A DNA stretch of 64,000 nt from Alphaproteobacteria bacterium (GCA_965243135.1 OZ251539.1:3776001-3840000); one strand, 5' to 3'; counted from the stretch's first letter, positions 9,227 through 19,720 are shown. Notes: generated from the letters alone by a model not told the origin. Made by a program: numbers and translations.

Positions 9227-10597
9227 ATGACCTTCGTCGATCTCACCCGGAATACCGCAATCCATGTCCGTACCCGATGGAAGATCGGAACGTCCGAAGA
9301 CGGCGCGTCGTTCGCCATCGAGGGCATGGACGGCGGCGTGCTGCCCATCGGTCCCCACGCGCCGGAGTTCGAGTCCGCCAACGCGCGGCTTGCGGTTGGC
9401 GCGCCGCTCGGCAGTCTCCGCGACACGGTGATGGCGGCGGCGGGCGCGAACCGCGCCGCCGTCTATATCCTCTGGCTGCAACGTCTGTGCGCTTGGGGAA
9501 TCATCGAGTTTCCCCTGATGGACGACGCGGGCGAGCGCGCGGTGATTCTGCCGCAGTGGACGTCGTATACGCCCGCCTTGTCCCCGGAGGAGCCGGCGGC
9601 GGAAGCGGAGATCCACCGTTTCGCCTGTTTGCGGCGCGACGGCGGCGCCTGGCTTCTGGAATCGCCCTTGGCAGGCGCGCGTTTGCGCCTCGACGATCTC
9701 GCGGCGCTCGACGCGCCGGTTGTGCGCCGCGCGCTCGACGCGGCGGGATTCCTGGACACGGCGCCGTGGAACGAACAGCGTCGCACATCGCTCGCGCAGT
9801 GGGAGTTCCACGACCTCCTGCTGCATGCGCATCACCGCGGCGGCTGGCACCGAGATCCCATCGGCGCCATGTTCCCGTTCATCGGCGAGATCGACCCGCC
9901 GCCGGCAATCCGCCCGCCCTGGCCCGGCGAGCGCATATCCCTCGCCCGCGCTCCGAACGATACCGGACAAGAATCCTTTGCCTCGGTTCTGGAACGGCGC
10001 CGCTCGGAACGCTTCTACGACGAGAGCCGCCCCATCTCGCTGCGCGATCTTGGGGCGCTGCTCGACCGCGCGGCGCGGGTCCGATCCTTCGAAAACGTTC
10101 AGGTCGGCAATTTCATGGGCCGAACCAGCCCCTTCGAAATAACGCGGCGCCCCTATCCGAACGGCGGCGCGAGCTACGAACTGGAAATCTATCCGATCGT
10201 GGACCGTTGCGACGGCCTGGAGCCGGGCTTTTATCACTACGATCCGGCCGAGCACGAACTGGCGCGAATCTCCGGCCGCACCCCCGAGATCGAGCGCTAT
10301 GTCGCGGACGCGAAAACGTCCACCGCTGCCCTGGCGGATCCGCAGGTCGTACTCGCCATCGCGGCCCGCTTCGACCGGGTGATGTGGAAATACAAAGCTA
10401 TTTCCTATGGCGTCATCCTGCGAAACGCTGGCGCACTCTATCAGACGCTGTATCTGGCGGCGACGGAACTCGGTCTCTCGCCGTGCGGCATCGGGGGCGC
10501 CGATTCCGCATTGTTCGCCCGCATGACGGGGCTCGATCCGGTGGTGGAGGGCACGGTCGGCGATTTCATCCTCGGCGGCCCTCCCCGGCTCTCTTGA
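9227..10597 (+). CDS. SagB-family FMN-dependent azoline dehydrogenase
   Basis: WEFHDLLLH, LERRRSER, RPYPNGGASYELEIY, GFYHYDP, WKYKAISY, GALYQTLYLAATELGL. Confidence 0.93.
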   Translation: MTFVDLTRNTAIHVRTRWKIGTSEDGASFAIEGMDGGVLPIGPHAPEFESANARLAVGAPLGSLRDTVMAAAGANRAAVYILWLQRLCAWGIIEFPLMDDAGERAVILPQWTSYTPALSPEEPAAEAEIHRFACLRRDGGAWLLESPLAGARLRLDDLAALDAPVVRRALDAAGFLDTAPWNEQRRTSLAQWEFHDLLLHAHHRGGWHRDPIGAMFPFIGEIDPPPAIRPPWPGERISLARAPNDTGQESFASVLERRRSERFYDESRPISLRDLGALLDRAARVRSFENVQVGNFMGRTSPFEITRRPYPNGGASYELEIYPIVDRCDGLEPGFYHYDPAEHELARISGRTPEIERYVADAKTSTAALADPQVVLAIAARFDRVMWKYKAISYGVILRNAGALYQTLYLAATELGLSPCGIGGADSALFARMTGLDPVVEGTVGDFILGGPPRLS

Positions 10598-13143
10598 ACC
10601 TCGACGCGATCATCGCCCGCGCTGCCCCGCCCCCGGAGCGAGTCGACGCGGGCGCGTTCGAGCCGGTCGAGACTGACGCGGGGTCTCTGGCGCTGCGGCG
10701 AAAGCGGCTCGCGGAAGCCTTCGGGTCGCAGGAGGAGATGGAGACCCACGCCGAGGCCCTTGGACTGAGCCTGGAATCGTGGCTCGACCGCCTGCGCGAC
10801 GTGCGCCTCGCGGGCCCGGACCCCGACTGGGCGCACGCGTTCCGGGCCATGTTCGAGAGTCTCTCGGACGGACCGCGCCCTTTCGCCGGGTTCCGCCGCT
10901 GGATCGAGGGCGAGGCGAAAGCGCGGTGGCCGACGGAACTGCCGCGCGCGCCGGACGCGTTGGAGGGGCCGCTCGACTATCTTGCAGGCGTGCTCGGCAG
11001 CGCGCTCGAGGCGACGTACCGGATCGAGCGCACGCTGAATTCCCAGCCGACCTGGGCGACGCGCTTCCGGCGAAGCCCCGCCCTCGCCTACGCGCTCGGC
11101 CGGGCCACGGCGGACTGGCTCGCCGACCTCGTCCGGATCGTCGAGCGGGCCGCGGCGGACAGGCCGCTTCTCTCTCGCGTCTTCTTCGGCGGCGAGGACC
11201 CCGGAACGTTGGTTCGAATCGAGCCGGGGCTCGGCGACCCCCATGCCGGCGGACGCTCGGTGGCGATTCTGCGTTTCGAACGCGGCGGCGTGGTGTACAA
11301 ACCGAAGGATCTGCGGGTTGCCGCCGCCGTCGGCGAAATCGCGGGCCGGCTGGACGGCGCCGCGCTCGCCGCGCCGGCCGTGCTGACGCGCGGTAGCTAT
11401 GCATGGGAACAGGTTTACGAGACCCATCCCATCGCCGGCCGGGAAGAGGCCGACGCCTTCTTCCGCGCGCTCGGCGGCTGGCTCGCGCTTCTGCAGGCCC
11501 TGAACGGCAACGACTTCTGGTTCGACAACCTGATCGCCGACGGCGCGACGCCGCGCTTCATCGACTTCGAGACCGCGGTGCAGCCTCCGACGAACTGGTC
11601 GGAAGGAAAGTATCGGATGGGCGAGAAAGCGACGGCGCTCGTCGGAACCCTTCCCGTCGGCGCCGGCATTTTGCCGCTGCCGATACCGATCCGCGACGGC
11701 GAGGATCCGACCGACATCGGCTGCCTGTCCCGGCCCGGCGAGCATCGAACGCCGTTGCGGAACATCGACGGCGGCGGATTGATCGCTTGGCAGGAAAATC
11801 GTTTCGCGCCGCGCTACGAAGACGGTACCCCGGCAGACGTTGCGGATCACTTCGACGCCTTCGAGGACGGCTACCTCCAGGCCGCCCGCGCCCTCGCAGC
11901 CTCGACGGCGCGGGAACGCATGATCGAGACGCTGCAGCGGTTCGCCGACGCTCCAATCCGGATCATTCGTATCGACACCTGGACATGTTACCGGATAGTT
12001 CGCCAGTCGCTGTTGCCCAGCCATCTTTCCGACGGCGCTTGGCGCGAGATCGCGCTTCACGCCGCGTTGCCTCGCCAGCGCGACACGGTGGGCGAACTTC
12101 GCGAGGCCGCGGTGCGCGACCTCCGCCGGCTTGACGTGCCCCTGTTTCAGACCCGTCTCGACTCGCGGGATCTCCTCGGGGTCGAAGGCGAGCGCTTGCC
12201 GAACTTCTTCGGACAGGACGCGCTTTCGGGAACCGACGAGCGTCTACGAACTCTCGCCGGGGTCGCGGAAGACGACCGGCGCGCTGCGCTGCGCTCGGGT
12301 TTCAGCTTGCGGGCCGGCAACCCGCCGCGACGCTCGTCGACGACGGAACGGATGTCCGCGGCCCGCGCGGACGACATGCTGGCCTGGGCCGACGAGATCG
12401 CCTCCGGAGTCGCGCGACGAGCGGTGCGCGACGAGCGGTGCGGACCGACCTGGATCGGCCCGCACCACGATGTCTTCACCGGCCAGCGCATCCTGAGCCG
12501 ACTCGGCTTCGACGTCCTCTCGGGCCGGGCCGGCTTGGCGAAAGCGCTCTTGGATCTGGCCCGCGGACTGGACCGGCCCGATCTCGCCGCCCTTGCCCGC
12601 GAGGCCCTCGCCAGCGCGGCGCAGGATTTCGTCGATCACATCGATGCGCTTCAGCGATTCGGGGCCGGCTACGCGGTCGGCGCCGGGGGGCTCGTCGCGA
12701 TTCTGGCGCGCGAACGGGAATTGCGCCCGCTCGCGACCGGGGTCTGGCAGGCCGCGGCGGCGCGCGAAATCTGGATGCAGTCGGGAAGCGATTTCGTTTC
12801 CGGCCTCGCGGGTTGGCGCGAGGCTGCCTCGGCGCTCGGGGAAACGGCGCCTTCGCGGCACGGGCCGGGACGGCCCTACGCGCCCTCCGCCTTGGCGCGC
12901 CTGGCAGTTTGGCTGGACCCGGAGAACGCCGCGCCGCTTTGTCCCGACCGCCGCGCGGCGGCGGGCTTGCGCCGGGACTTCGAGCGTCACGGAAGCTGGT
13001 TCCCCGCCCGGTGGCTGGACGACCGGCACAATCTCTCCGGCATCGACGGCCTCCCGGCGTTGGCGGTGCGTTTCCTGCGCCTCGCGCATGGCGAGGCAGG
13101 TCCGGAAGGAGAGGAACTTCCGGCGGACGGGCGACGGAAATGA
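10594..13143 (+). CDS. LanM-like protein (DUF4135 dehydratase domain plus short LanC-like domain without Zn ligands), about 849 aa
   Basis: GDPHAGGRSVAILRF, VVYKPKDL, NDFWFDNLIA, PRFIDFET, DLRRLDVPLF; LanC-like VLSGRAGLA and DFVSGLAG; TTG start overlaps SagB stop. Confidence 0.85.
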   Translation: MNLDAIIARAAPPPERVDAGAFEPVETDAGSLALRRKRLAEAFGSQEEMETHAEALGLSLESWLDRLRDVRLAGPDPDWAHAFRAMFESLSDGPRPFAGFRRWIEGEAKARWPTELPRAPDALEGPLDYLAGVLGSALEATYRIERTLNSQPTWATRFRRSPALAYALGRATADWLADLVRIVERAAADRPLLSRVFFGGEDPGTLVRIEPGLGDPHAGGRSVAILRFERGGVVYKPKDLRVAAAVGEIAGRLDGAALAAPAVLTRGSYAWEQVYETHPIAGREEADAFFRALGGWLALLQALNGNDFWFDNLIADGATPRFIDFETAVQPPTNWSEGKYRMGEKATALVGTLPVGAGILPLPIPIRDGEDPTDIGCLSRPGEHRTPLRNIDGGGLIAWQENRFAPRYEDGTPADVADHFDAFEDGYLQAARALAASTARERMIETLQRFADAPIRIIRIDTWTCYRIVRQSLLPSHLSDGAWREIALHAALPRQRDTVGELREAAVRDLRRLDVPLFQTRLDSRDLLGVEGERLPNFFGQDALSGTDERLRTLAGVAEDDRRAALRSGFSLRAGNPPRRSSTTERMSAARADDMLAWADEIASGVARRAVRDERCGPTWIGPHHDVFTGQRILSRLGFDVLSGRAGLAKALLDLARGLDRPDLAALAREALASAAQDFVDHIDALQRFGAGYAVGAGGLVAILARERELRPLATGVWQAAAAREIWMQSGSDFVSGLAGWREAASALGETAPSRHGPGRPYAPSALARLAVWLDPENAAPLCPDRRAAAGLRRDFERHGSWFPARWLDDRHNLSGIDGLPALAVRFLRLAHGEAGPEGEELPADGRRK

Positions 13144-13841
13144 TCGCCCACGTTCCGCTGCTAAGCTCGGACGAATGCGCTCGCGCGCTGGAGAGCGTGC
13201 AGGCGCACCGGGACGCTTGGACGCAACGGTATCCGGGGCTGCCCGCCTATACGCTGGGGGCGGCCAGCTACCTCGATTCAGGGCCTGAGCGGCGCGACGT
13301 CTACCATGCGAAAGCGGCGGCCATGAACCCGCTGTTGGAGCGCGAGTTCGGTTGGCTGTACGAACGGCTGCTGGTGGCGTTAGGCGACCACTTGCGCGCC
13401 GGGGTCGCGTTCGAGCCGGGCGCGGCCCGGCCGGGGTTTCACGTCTTTCTGGCGCACGAGGCGTTCAGTCGGCCCCTCGGCAAGATCCATTTCGATCTTC
13501 AGTTCATGGACATCGATTGGTCGGACGGCGAGGGAATGGATTTCTCGCGGCCCGTCTCCTACACTCTGGCCATCCGCTTGCCGGAATCAGGCGCGGGGCT
13601 TCTCACATGGAACATCGACAAGGCGGAATACGACAGCATGGACTTCGTTTCCCGCAACCGGATCGGCCAAGAGAAAATCCCGGAATACGTCCCCTATCGG
13701 GAAGGGGCGATGGTCTGCCACTCGGGAATGCTGCTGCACCAGATCGCCCCGGCCGCCGACGGTCTGCAACCCGACGATTTGCGCGTCACGTTGCAGGGGC
13801 ACGCGCTTCCGGGGCGGGACGGATACCGGCTGTATTGGTGA
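13140..13841 (+). CDS. Putative Fe(II)/2-oxoglutarate-dependent oxygenase (233 aa)
   Basis: HxD (IHFD), distal His (LLHQIAP) and Arg (RVTLQGH); ATGA-coupled to the LanM-like gene. Confidence 0.7.
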   Translation: MIAHVPLLSSDECARALESVQAHRDAWTQRYPGLPAYTLGAASYLDSGPERRDVYHAKAAAMNPLLEREFGWLYERLLVALGDHLRAGVAFEPGAARPGFHVFLAHEAFSRPLGKIHFDLQFMDIDWSDGEGMDFSRPVSYTLAIRLPESGAGLLTWNIDKAEYDSMDFVSRNRIGQEKIPEYVPYREGAMVCHSGMLLHQIAPAADGLQPDDLRVTLQGHALPGRDGYRLYW

Positions 13842-14161
13842 TCTCCCGCGTTCCGCTCCGCGTTTCCAGTCGGGAGTTCCGGCGGCGAGGAACCGTTTCA
13901 AGCTTGAAGCGAAATGCGCCGGGTGTCCGAGCGACCCTTTGCATCGAGACGTGAAGTCAGACGCCCGCCCGATTCGCGCCGACGGTTCCACCCGGCTTCC
14001 CTCCGCGAAGCCGACTGCCGCCCCTCGTCAAGGCGCGCCTCCGTCTCCGCGCCTTCGTCGGCGACGGGGCCGCGTCGCTGACCAAGGACGTCTTCGTCCT
14101 CCTGTTCGTGGACCGACGCACTACCGTTTCGACCGCCGCGCGACGTAGAATCGCCCCGGCG

Positions 14162-15658
14162 TCACTCCGTTTGGGGGACGGCGTCGGCGAGATCGAAGAT
14201 CGTCTCGATCAGCACCCCGTGGCGCCAGAGATCGGCGGCGTCGTTGCGCACGAGGCGGGGATCGATCCCGAAACGGCGGGCGACGCGTCCGACTGCGTCC
14301 TCCACCCGGGCGCCCCCGCGAAAGGTCTCGGCAAGGGCAGGCATGTGGGCGAGGTCGCGCCGCGCCGCGAAGAAGACCCGATGGCCGCGGCCCTCGGCGC
14401 GCGCCTGGGCGCGGGACGGCGACGTGACCGTCACTCCGCGCTGGAGCGCCAGACGTTCCGGCGGCTCCAGCCGCATATGGTCGGCGATCAGCCGGTCGAG
14501 AGCGCCCGCGAACTCGTCGGCATGAGCGAACCGCTCCTCGCCGAAGACCGCGTAGCCGTCCGGCCAGCGGTCGGAACTGGGTTCGGGAGAGATTAGACGG
14601 ACCCGGCCGGCGACGGGCTCGATGAGAAAGCCGGAGACGCAGCAGATGGTGCGGTGCGACCAGATCTCGTCGTCGTCGGCATGCGAGTTTCCCCTGATCG
14701 CGTCGATCTTGCTCCGCTCATGCGCGAGGCGCTCGGGCCAGCGCTTGGCTACGTCGCGGACATGACCGGTCTCGGCGAGAGCGAGCACGGACTCCCGGTT
14801 GAGCAAGGCGAAGTCCACATCCGCCAGCTCCTCGGGCGAGAACGCCGCATGGATCTCGTTCAGCCGGCGCAGCGAGACCACGGAGAAACGCAGCACCGGA
14901 TACGGATAATCCGCGGATCGCGCGAGGGCCATGAGACGCCGGGTGCGGTCCAGGTCGACGGTCGCCGCCGCCGTCGTGGTCGTGGGAAAGCGTCCGAGCA
15001 CGCGTCGGAAGGCATCCGCATAAGCCTCGTAATCCGGATGGTCCAAGGGGTCCGTCGCCCAGAACAGGAAGCCCCGCGCGGCGCTCTCGCCAAAGATCCC
15101 GCGCAGCGCCCGCAGCATCTCTTCCCAAGCGTCGATATCCGTCGGCAGAACCGCCTGCAGGGGCCGTGCGGAGAGCCCGCAAAACCAGCAACCGAGCGAG
15201 CAGCCTTGGGTCAGTTCCACGGTGAAGGGCAGGTGCAGGGACAGCGGCGACACGACATAGCCTTCCGCGAAGGCGGTCCGCGCCTTCTGGCGCGTCCGCC
15301 AGAACAAGTAGGGATCGGCCGCGCCCTCGTCGGCGGCGGCGAAGTCGATATAGGCCCGCGCCTGGTCCTCGAGGCGCCAGTAGGCGCGGCCGACCGGCGA
15401 GTCGCGGCCGACCGGCGGGCCGGAGCGCCAGAGAAAGGCGAGCGGAGACGGATCCATGTCGAACCCGGCGCTTGCGGCGGCGGCCCGAGGATCGTCGCGA
15501 ACGGCGGTGCGGAAGCGCTCGTCGGCCACCCAGCGCTCGCGGAAGCGCTTCACATGCGCGTAGAGTCGCAAATCGCCGTCCGAACGGGAGTCGCGAGCAG
15601 CCCCTCCCGTCTCCGACGCAGCGAATGGAAGCCCCGGTGGGAGGGCGGCGGTCGTCAC
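14162..15658 (-). CDS. Radical SAM peptide epimerase, PoyD/OspD family
   Basis: ELTQGCSLGCWFC (CxxxCxxC), FLFWATDPLDHPDYE, TICCVSGFL, LISP..WPDGY; directly downstream of precursor P4. Confidence 0.9.
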   Translation of the reverse strand: MTTAALPPGLPFAASETGGAARDSRSDGDLRLYAHVKRFRERWVADERFRTAVRDDPRAAAASAGFDMDPSPLAFLWRSGPPVGRDSPVGRAYWRLEDQARAYIDFAAADEGAADPYLFWRTRQKARTAFAEGYVVSPLSLHLPFTVELTQGCSLGCWFCGLSARPLQAVLPTDIDAWEEMLRALRGIFGESAARGFLFWATDPLDHPDYEAYADAFRRVLGRFPTTTTAAATVDLDRTRRLMALARSADYPYPVLRFSVVSLRRLNEIHAAFSPEELADVDFALLNRESVLALAETGHVRDVAKRWPERLAHERSKIDAIRGNSHADDDEIWSHRTICCVSGFLIEPVAGRVRLISPEPSSDRWPDGYAVFGEERFAHADEFAGALDRLIADHMRLEPPERLALQRGVTVTSPSRAQARAEGRGHRVFFAARRDLAHMPALAETFRGGARVEDAVGRVARRFGIDPRLVRNDAADLWRHGVLIETIFDLADAVPQTE

Positions 15659-15688
15659 GGCCGCCGCCTTCGCGCCGGAAACGGCGTC

Positions 15689-16069
15689 CTAAAGGCTGTC
15701 CCTCGCGGTTGCGAAGCTGCTCATGCTTCCGGCCGTACCCACGCAGGAAGGCAGGGTCGAGGTGGTCGCTATCGTGCCCACCGTGCCCATCGTCTTGCCG
15801 CCGCCAGCGACCGCTAGCAGCGCCTCGTCCTGGAGCGTCTGGTTCGGGTCGGGAGGCATGGCCAGGTGGAAGGTGTCGCGGGTGTTGAGGACGACCTTCA
15901 CGTCCACGCCCACCGGCGTGTTGATCCCGTGCTCCCGCAGAACGTCCTGCGGACGCTCCTCGACCTCACGCAGCCGATCCTCGTCGGAACGGCAGGCGTC
16001 GGCGAGACCCTGAAGGGCGACGCCGTGCCGACGAATGACGCCATGGATGTCTTCCGGACTGTAGTGCAT
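15689..16069 (-). CDS. NHLP/proteusin precursor P4 (126 aa); core GKTMGTVGTIATTSTLPSCVGTAGSMSSFATARDSL
   Basis: VKVVLNTRDTFHLAMPPDP, LQDEALLAVAGG; AGGAG RBS. Confidence 0.92.
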   Translation of the reverse strand: MHYSPEDIHGVIRRHGVALQGLADACRSDEDRLREVEERPQDVLREHGINTPVGVDVKVVLNTRDTFHLAMPPDPNQTLQDEALLAVAGGGKTMGTVGTIATTSTLPSCVGTAGSMSSFATARDSL

Positions 16070-16148
16070 GATCGTCTCCTATGCGTGATTCGAGTGGATG
16101 CTCCATCCCGAGGTTCGAGATGCCGAAACTCATCCCCGAATTTTCGGG

Positions 16149-16200
16149 ATTGTGCATAGCGGGAGGGGCGAGTAAACCCTAATTTCAGACTTCCTGACAT
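16149..16200 (-). promoter_or_regulatory. P4 promoter: TCAG-N5-CTGA, GAAATTAGGGTT box, -35 TTTACT, 16-nt C-rich spacer, -10 CACAAT
   Basis: Reverse complement reads ATGTCAGGAAGTCTGAAATTAGGGTTTACTCGCCCCTCCCGCTATGCACAAT. Confidence 0.6.
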
Positions 16201-16559
16201 GGTATGCGGAACTTGAAGATTTTGCTTGATTTTTCCTCAATTGGTCGTAAACTAAAATGTACCACTTTCTGGAGAGCGCCATGTTCCAGTTCCGCTTCAA
16301 CAAGGCGCTTCGGGAACTTTGTGCCACTCGCGAAGGCCATGCCTACCCCGGCACCGGGCTGAAACTGGCGTTCGAGGAACCCCTGCTGGCAAATTGAAAT
16401 TACGCGATGTCAGGAGGTCTGAATTTGCGCCCGCCGGAAAACTCCCGGTTTTGCGCCAAGGGCAGCGCCCTTCCGTTTTTTCTGGACAAACTCGATTCGC
16501 CCGTCGGTGCAAACAGAATCGGCGCACGCTGCGCTGCGCGAAAGGGCGGGCGCGGTTGG

Positions 16560-16930
16560 AGCGGCTTCTCGAGAGCAGCCGCGCGGAGTTGATCCGCCGG
16601 GTCTGCAAGGCGTCCGCGACGCCCGCGGACGACTGCAACAGGCGAGTCGCACGACTGCGCTGCGCGAACTCCACGCCGCCGGGGCGGCGGTCGTCCGGGG
16701 CGGGCAGGCGGCGCCGTGGGCGGTCCGGGGCGACCGGGTGGCAGGTCTTCGGCTGGGTGAAACGGCGGACCCGCGCCAACTGTGGACCGATGCGCCGACC
16801 GGCGCGGCCGAGAAGAACAAGCCGCAAGCGCTGGGCGCGGGGGTTGCGGGACTGCCCGCCGAAGCGATGTTCTTCGACATTGGCGCTCTCCGCGACGGAC
16901 CTTCCCGAGCCTCTCGACCTCGGCGTCGGC
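16560..16930 (+). mobile_element. Degraded IS remnants (IS5-like fragment followed by IS4/IS50-like fragment)
   Basis: QVFGWVK resembles IS5-type DDE C-terminus; 16850-16925 resembles 28900-28980 (LPAE...LPEPLDL). Confidence 0.45.
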
Positions 16931-16970
16931 GCGCTGGCCGACGCTTACGTCCGCGACCGCAGGCGTACGT

Positions 16971-17771
16971 CTACGCGGTCCGCTCGTTCCGCGCGGCGCG
17001 GGCGATGTCGACGATGAGGACGAAGCGATGCTCGCCGGTCCTGTTCCAGGCGGTATGCGGATGCGTGTCGTCGAATATGAGCGCCTTTCCGGCTTCCCAT
17101 CGCCGCGCTTCCCCGTCCACCTCAAGGGCGCAATCGCCCGGCGGAACGATGAGCCCCAGGTGAGCCCTGTACAGGCGCGGGTCGTGCCCGACGTGAGGCG
17201 CGATGACGTGCCCGGATTCGAGGCACGAAAAGCCCGCGTTGACGAGGCCGGGCGCCTCCTTGACGATGGCCGCGGTGCGGGGGCAGGCCCGGCATCCGTC
17301 CCCCATCGCGGCGCCGTGCAGGTAAAGGCCGAAAAGCTTCCACGACGTTTCGGTTCCGCCGCCGACGCGGGAGCGGCTTCTTTCGATGGTCTGCCTGATC
17401 TCGGCGGCGGTCATCCGGGTGAAGGTCGGGGTGTACTCCCGCGTGCCCCATTCCGTCCACACCGAGCGGTCCAGGAGCAGGCGGAGCTCCGCGAGAATGG
17501 GATCGAACCCCGCTTCGAGCCTAGCCAGGAACGGAAACCGCGCTGCGTCGAGCCACCCGCTCGTCGGGACGGCGCCTCGCGCGCCGTCCGCGCGTCTCGC
17601 CCCCGCGATGTGGTCTCCGCGGGCAGGCCCGCCGAGGCGACCGGCTTCCGCGGCGGCCTCGCGCTCGCGTTCTTCGGTGCCGGCCGTCGGCGCCGCGCTG
17701 CCGGAGACGGCTTCGCGGGCGCTGGCGCTCTCGTCGCTGGCCGTCGGCGCCCAGCCCGGCTTTTCCGCCAT
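16971..17771 (-). CDS. Aspartyl/asparaginyl beta-hydroxylase family (AspH/LpxO-like) oxygenase 1; start uncertain
   Basis: CPRTAAIV, AGFSCL, IAPHVG, RAHLGLIVP, LIFDDTHPHTAWN, RFVLIVD. Confidence 0.85.
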   Translation of the reverse strand: MAEKPGWAPTASDESASAREAVSGSAAPTAGTEEREREAAAEAGRLGGPARGDHIAGARRADGARGAVPTSGWLDAARFPFLARLEAGFDPILAELRLLLDRSVWTEWGTREYTPTFTRMTAAEIRQTIERSRSRVGGGTETSWKLFGLYLHGAAMGDGCRACPRTAAIVKEAPGLVNAGFSCLESGHVIAPHVGHDPRLYRAHLGLIVPPGDCALEVDGEARRWEAGKALIFDDTHPHTAWNRTGEHRFVLIVDIARAARNERTA

Positions 17772-18152
17772 CGTCACGGGACGCGCGCGCCAGTTCGCGG
17801 GCGTATGGTTTCCGACCGCGCGGCAACGCGGCAGCTGCCCCGAGGCGGCGGGAGGGTCGATAGCTGTCGCCAGCGATTTGCAATGATCTGTTTCATCTCC
17901 CCCCTCAACTCCGATTGCTTTCAGATCGTCGAGTTCTGGTTGCCCTTGACGACCATAGTAGGCTTCCCCGTCCAAAATCAACGGGTAGTTTCGGCCTGAG
18001 CGTGTACGTCCGGACAGCAAGCGTTCGCTCGCGGGGCGAGCCGCCAAGCCACCTTGGGCAGGTCGTTCCATCGCCCCGCGAGCGAACGCTTGCGATGGGG
18101 GTATAGACAGCGCTGCGTCTGATCGTTAATCTAATCGTCAAGTGGAGATCTT

Positions 18153-19403
18153 ATGCAAACGCAACTGTTCCGAAAAGCTGCGCTGGATCGCCTCTCCTCG
18201 CCGGAGTTGCTGGACCGTGCGCTCACCGTCACCACGTCCAAGGTCTGGCTGGCGCTCGCCACGATCATGGCGCTGGCGGGCGCGGTCGTGCTCTGGTCCG
18301 TAAAGGGCGAAGTGCCGACTTTCGTAAAGGCCAGCGGCATCCTGTTGAGTCACGGCGGCGCGATTGTCGACGCGATGCCGTCCGCGGTGGGCACGCTGAC
18401 CAAGATCGCTCCCGCCGTCGGCGACGCTGTGGAGAAGGACCAGACCGTGGCCGAGGTCATCAACCGGGAGGTGCTGGAGCGTTACCGTAGCGCGGCAACT
18501 TTGGTGGAGGAACGCAAGCGAGCGCTCGCAGATTTCAAGAAGGCGGCGGCGGCGGAAGACGCGCTCGTCGAAGAGAACGTTGACCGGCAGCGCCGGCGTC
18601 TGGACCGGATCGAGCGCAGCGGGCGACAGCAGGTCGCGACGGCGCGCAAGCGCCTCGAGGACCACCGGAAGCTTTACGAAGACCACATCGTCACCCGGGT
18701 GACGGTGGAGCGCAGCCAGCAGGCTTTCGACCGGGCCGAAAGGGATCTGTTCAGCACGTTGCGCGAACGCGACAACCTGGAGTCCCGAGAGTTGCGGCGC
18801 CAGAACGAGCGGGAAACCCGCGTGGCCGAGGTGGAAGCGCGCCTTCAGGCGGCGAGGCGCCAGATGAACGAACTCTCTACCCAACTTGATACGCAGCGGG
18901 TGCTGGCTCCGGTTTCCGGCCGCGTCACCGAGATCAAGGCCACGGTGGGCAGCGTGCTCCGTCCGGGCCAGCCGGTGCTCAGCATCAAGACGGTCGAAGG
19001 CGAACTCGGCACGTTGATCTACGTAAGTCCCACGGAGGGCAAGAAAATCAAGCCGGGAATGGAGGTTTTGATCACGCCGGCGACGGTGCGCCGCGAGGAG
19101 CACGGCTCCCTGAAAGGAACTGTGGAGACCGTCTCCGAGTTTCCGGCCAGCCAGGAGGGCATGATCGCCGTGCTCCAGAACCGGCAACTCGTCCAGGCCC
19201 TCTCGGAGGACGGCGCGCCCTATACCGGGCGGGTGCTCCTCGAGCGGGATCCGTCGACGTCAAGCGGTTTCGCATGGACGTCTCCCAAAGCCTCGGGAGA
19301 GAAACTGACGTCCGGCACCCTCGCCAGCGTCGAAATCAAGACCAAAAGCCAGGCGCCGATCACCTTGGTCGTGCCGCTGATCAAGGAAACGTTCGGATTT
19401 TGA
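18153..19403 (+). CDS. NHLP bacteriocin system secretion protein (HlyD-family membrane fusion protein)
   Basis: LFRKAALDRLSSPELLD, GKKIKPGM, PATVRREEHG, SGFAWTS, PITLVVP. Confidence 0.93.
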   Translation: MQTQLFRKAALDRLSSPELLDRALTVTTSKVWLALATIMALAGAVVLWSVKGEVPTFVKASGILLSHGGAIVDAMPSAVGTLTKIAPAVGDAVEKDQTVAEVINREVLERYRSAATLVEERKRALADFKKAAAAEDALVEENVDRQRRRLDRIERSGRQQVATARKRLEDHRKLYEDHIVTRVTVERSQQAFDRAERDLFSTLRERDNLESRELRRQNERETRVAEVEARLQAARRQMNELSTQLDTQRVLAPVSGRVTEIKATVGSVLRPGQPVLSIKTVEGELGTLIYVSPTEGKKIKPGMEVLITPATVRREEHGSLKGTVETVSEFPASQEGMIAVLQNRQLVQALSEDGAPYTGRVLLERDPSTSSGFAWTSPKASGEKLTSGTLASVEIKTKSQAPITLVVPLIKETFGF

Positions 19404-19720
19404 GCGTGCCGCGCGATAATGGGCTTCGCCCGGCTGCCGTCTCGGCATCTTGCCTCGCCGACGAGCGCAGCAACCTGTGCTGCCTCCGCTTCCTGTGCGG
19501 AAATGCCGCTCGGACGCCATGCACGGCGAGCCATCCGGAGCGAACTCGGAAATGATCGCTGCGCTGCCTATCTACGAAATCGACCGGGGTTGCCGCGCAG
19601 TCATTCGCGCAACCGCGGGGCGCGGCCGTCGCGGTCGATTGCCGTGACTTCGCGATTAGGAAATGTTAAAGAAACAACGAGCTTCGCTGGATGATCTTCG
19701 TGGGTCAACCAAGAATGCCG

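Noticed and set aside
9277-10593. 1288-aa ORF suggesting a long N-terminal extension of the LanM-like protein
   Set aside because: The first 439 codons overlap sagB in another frame; the real start is likely TTG 10594.
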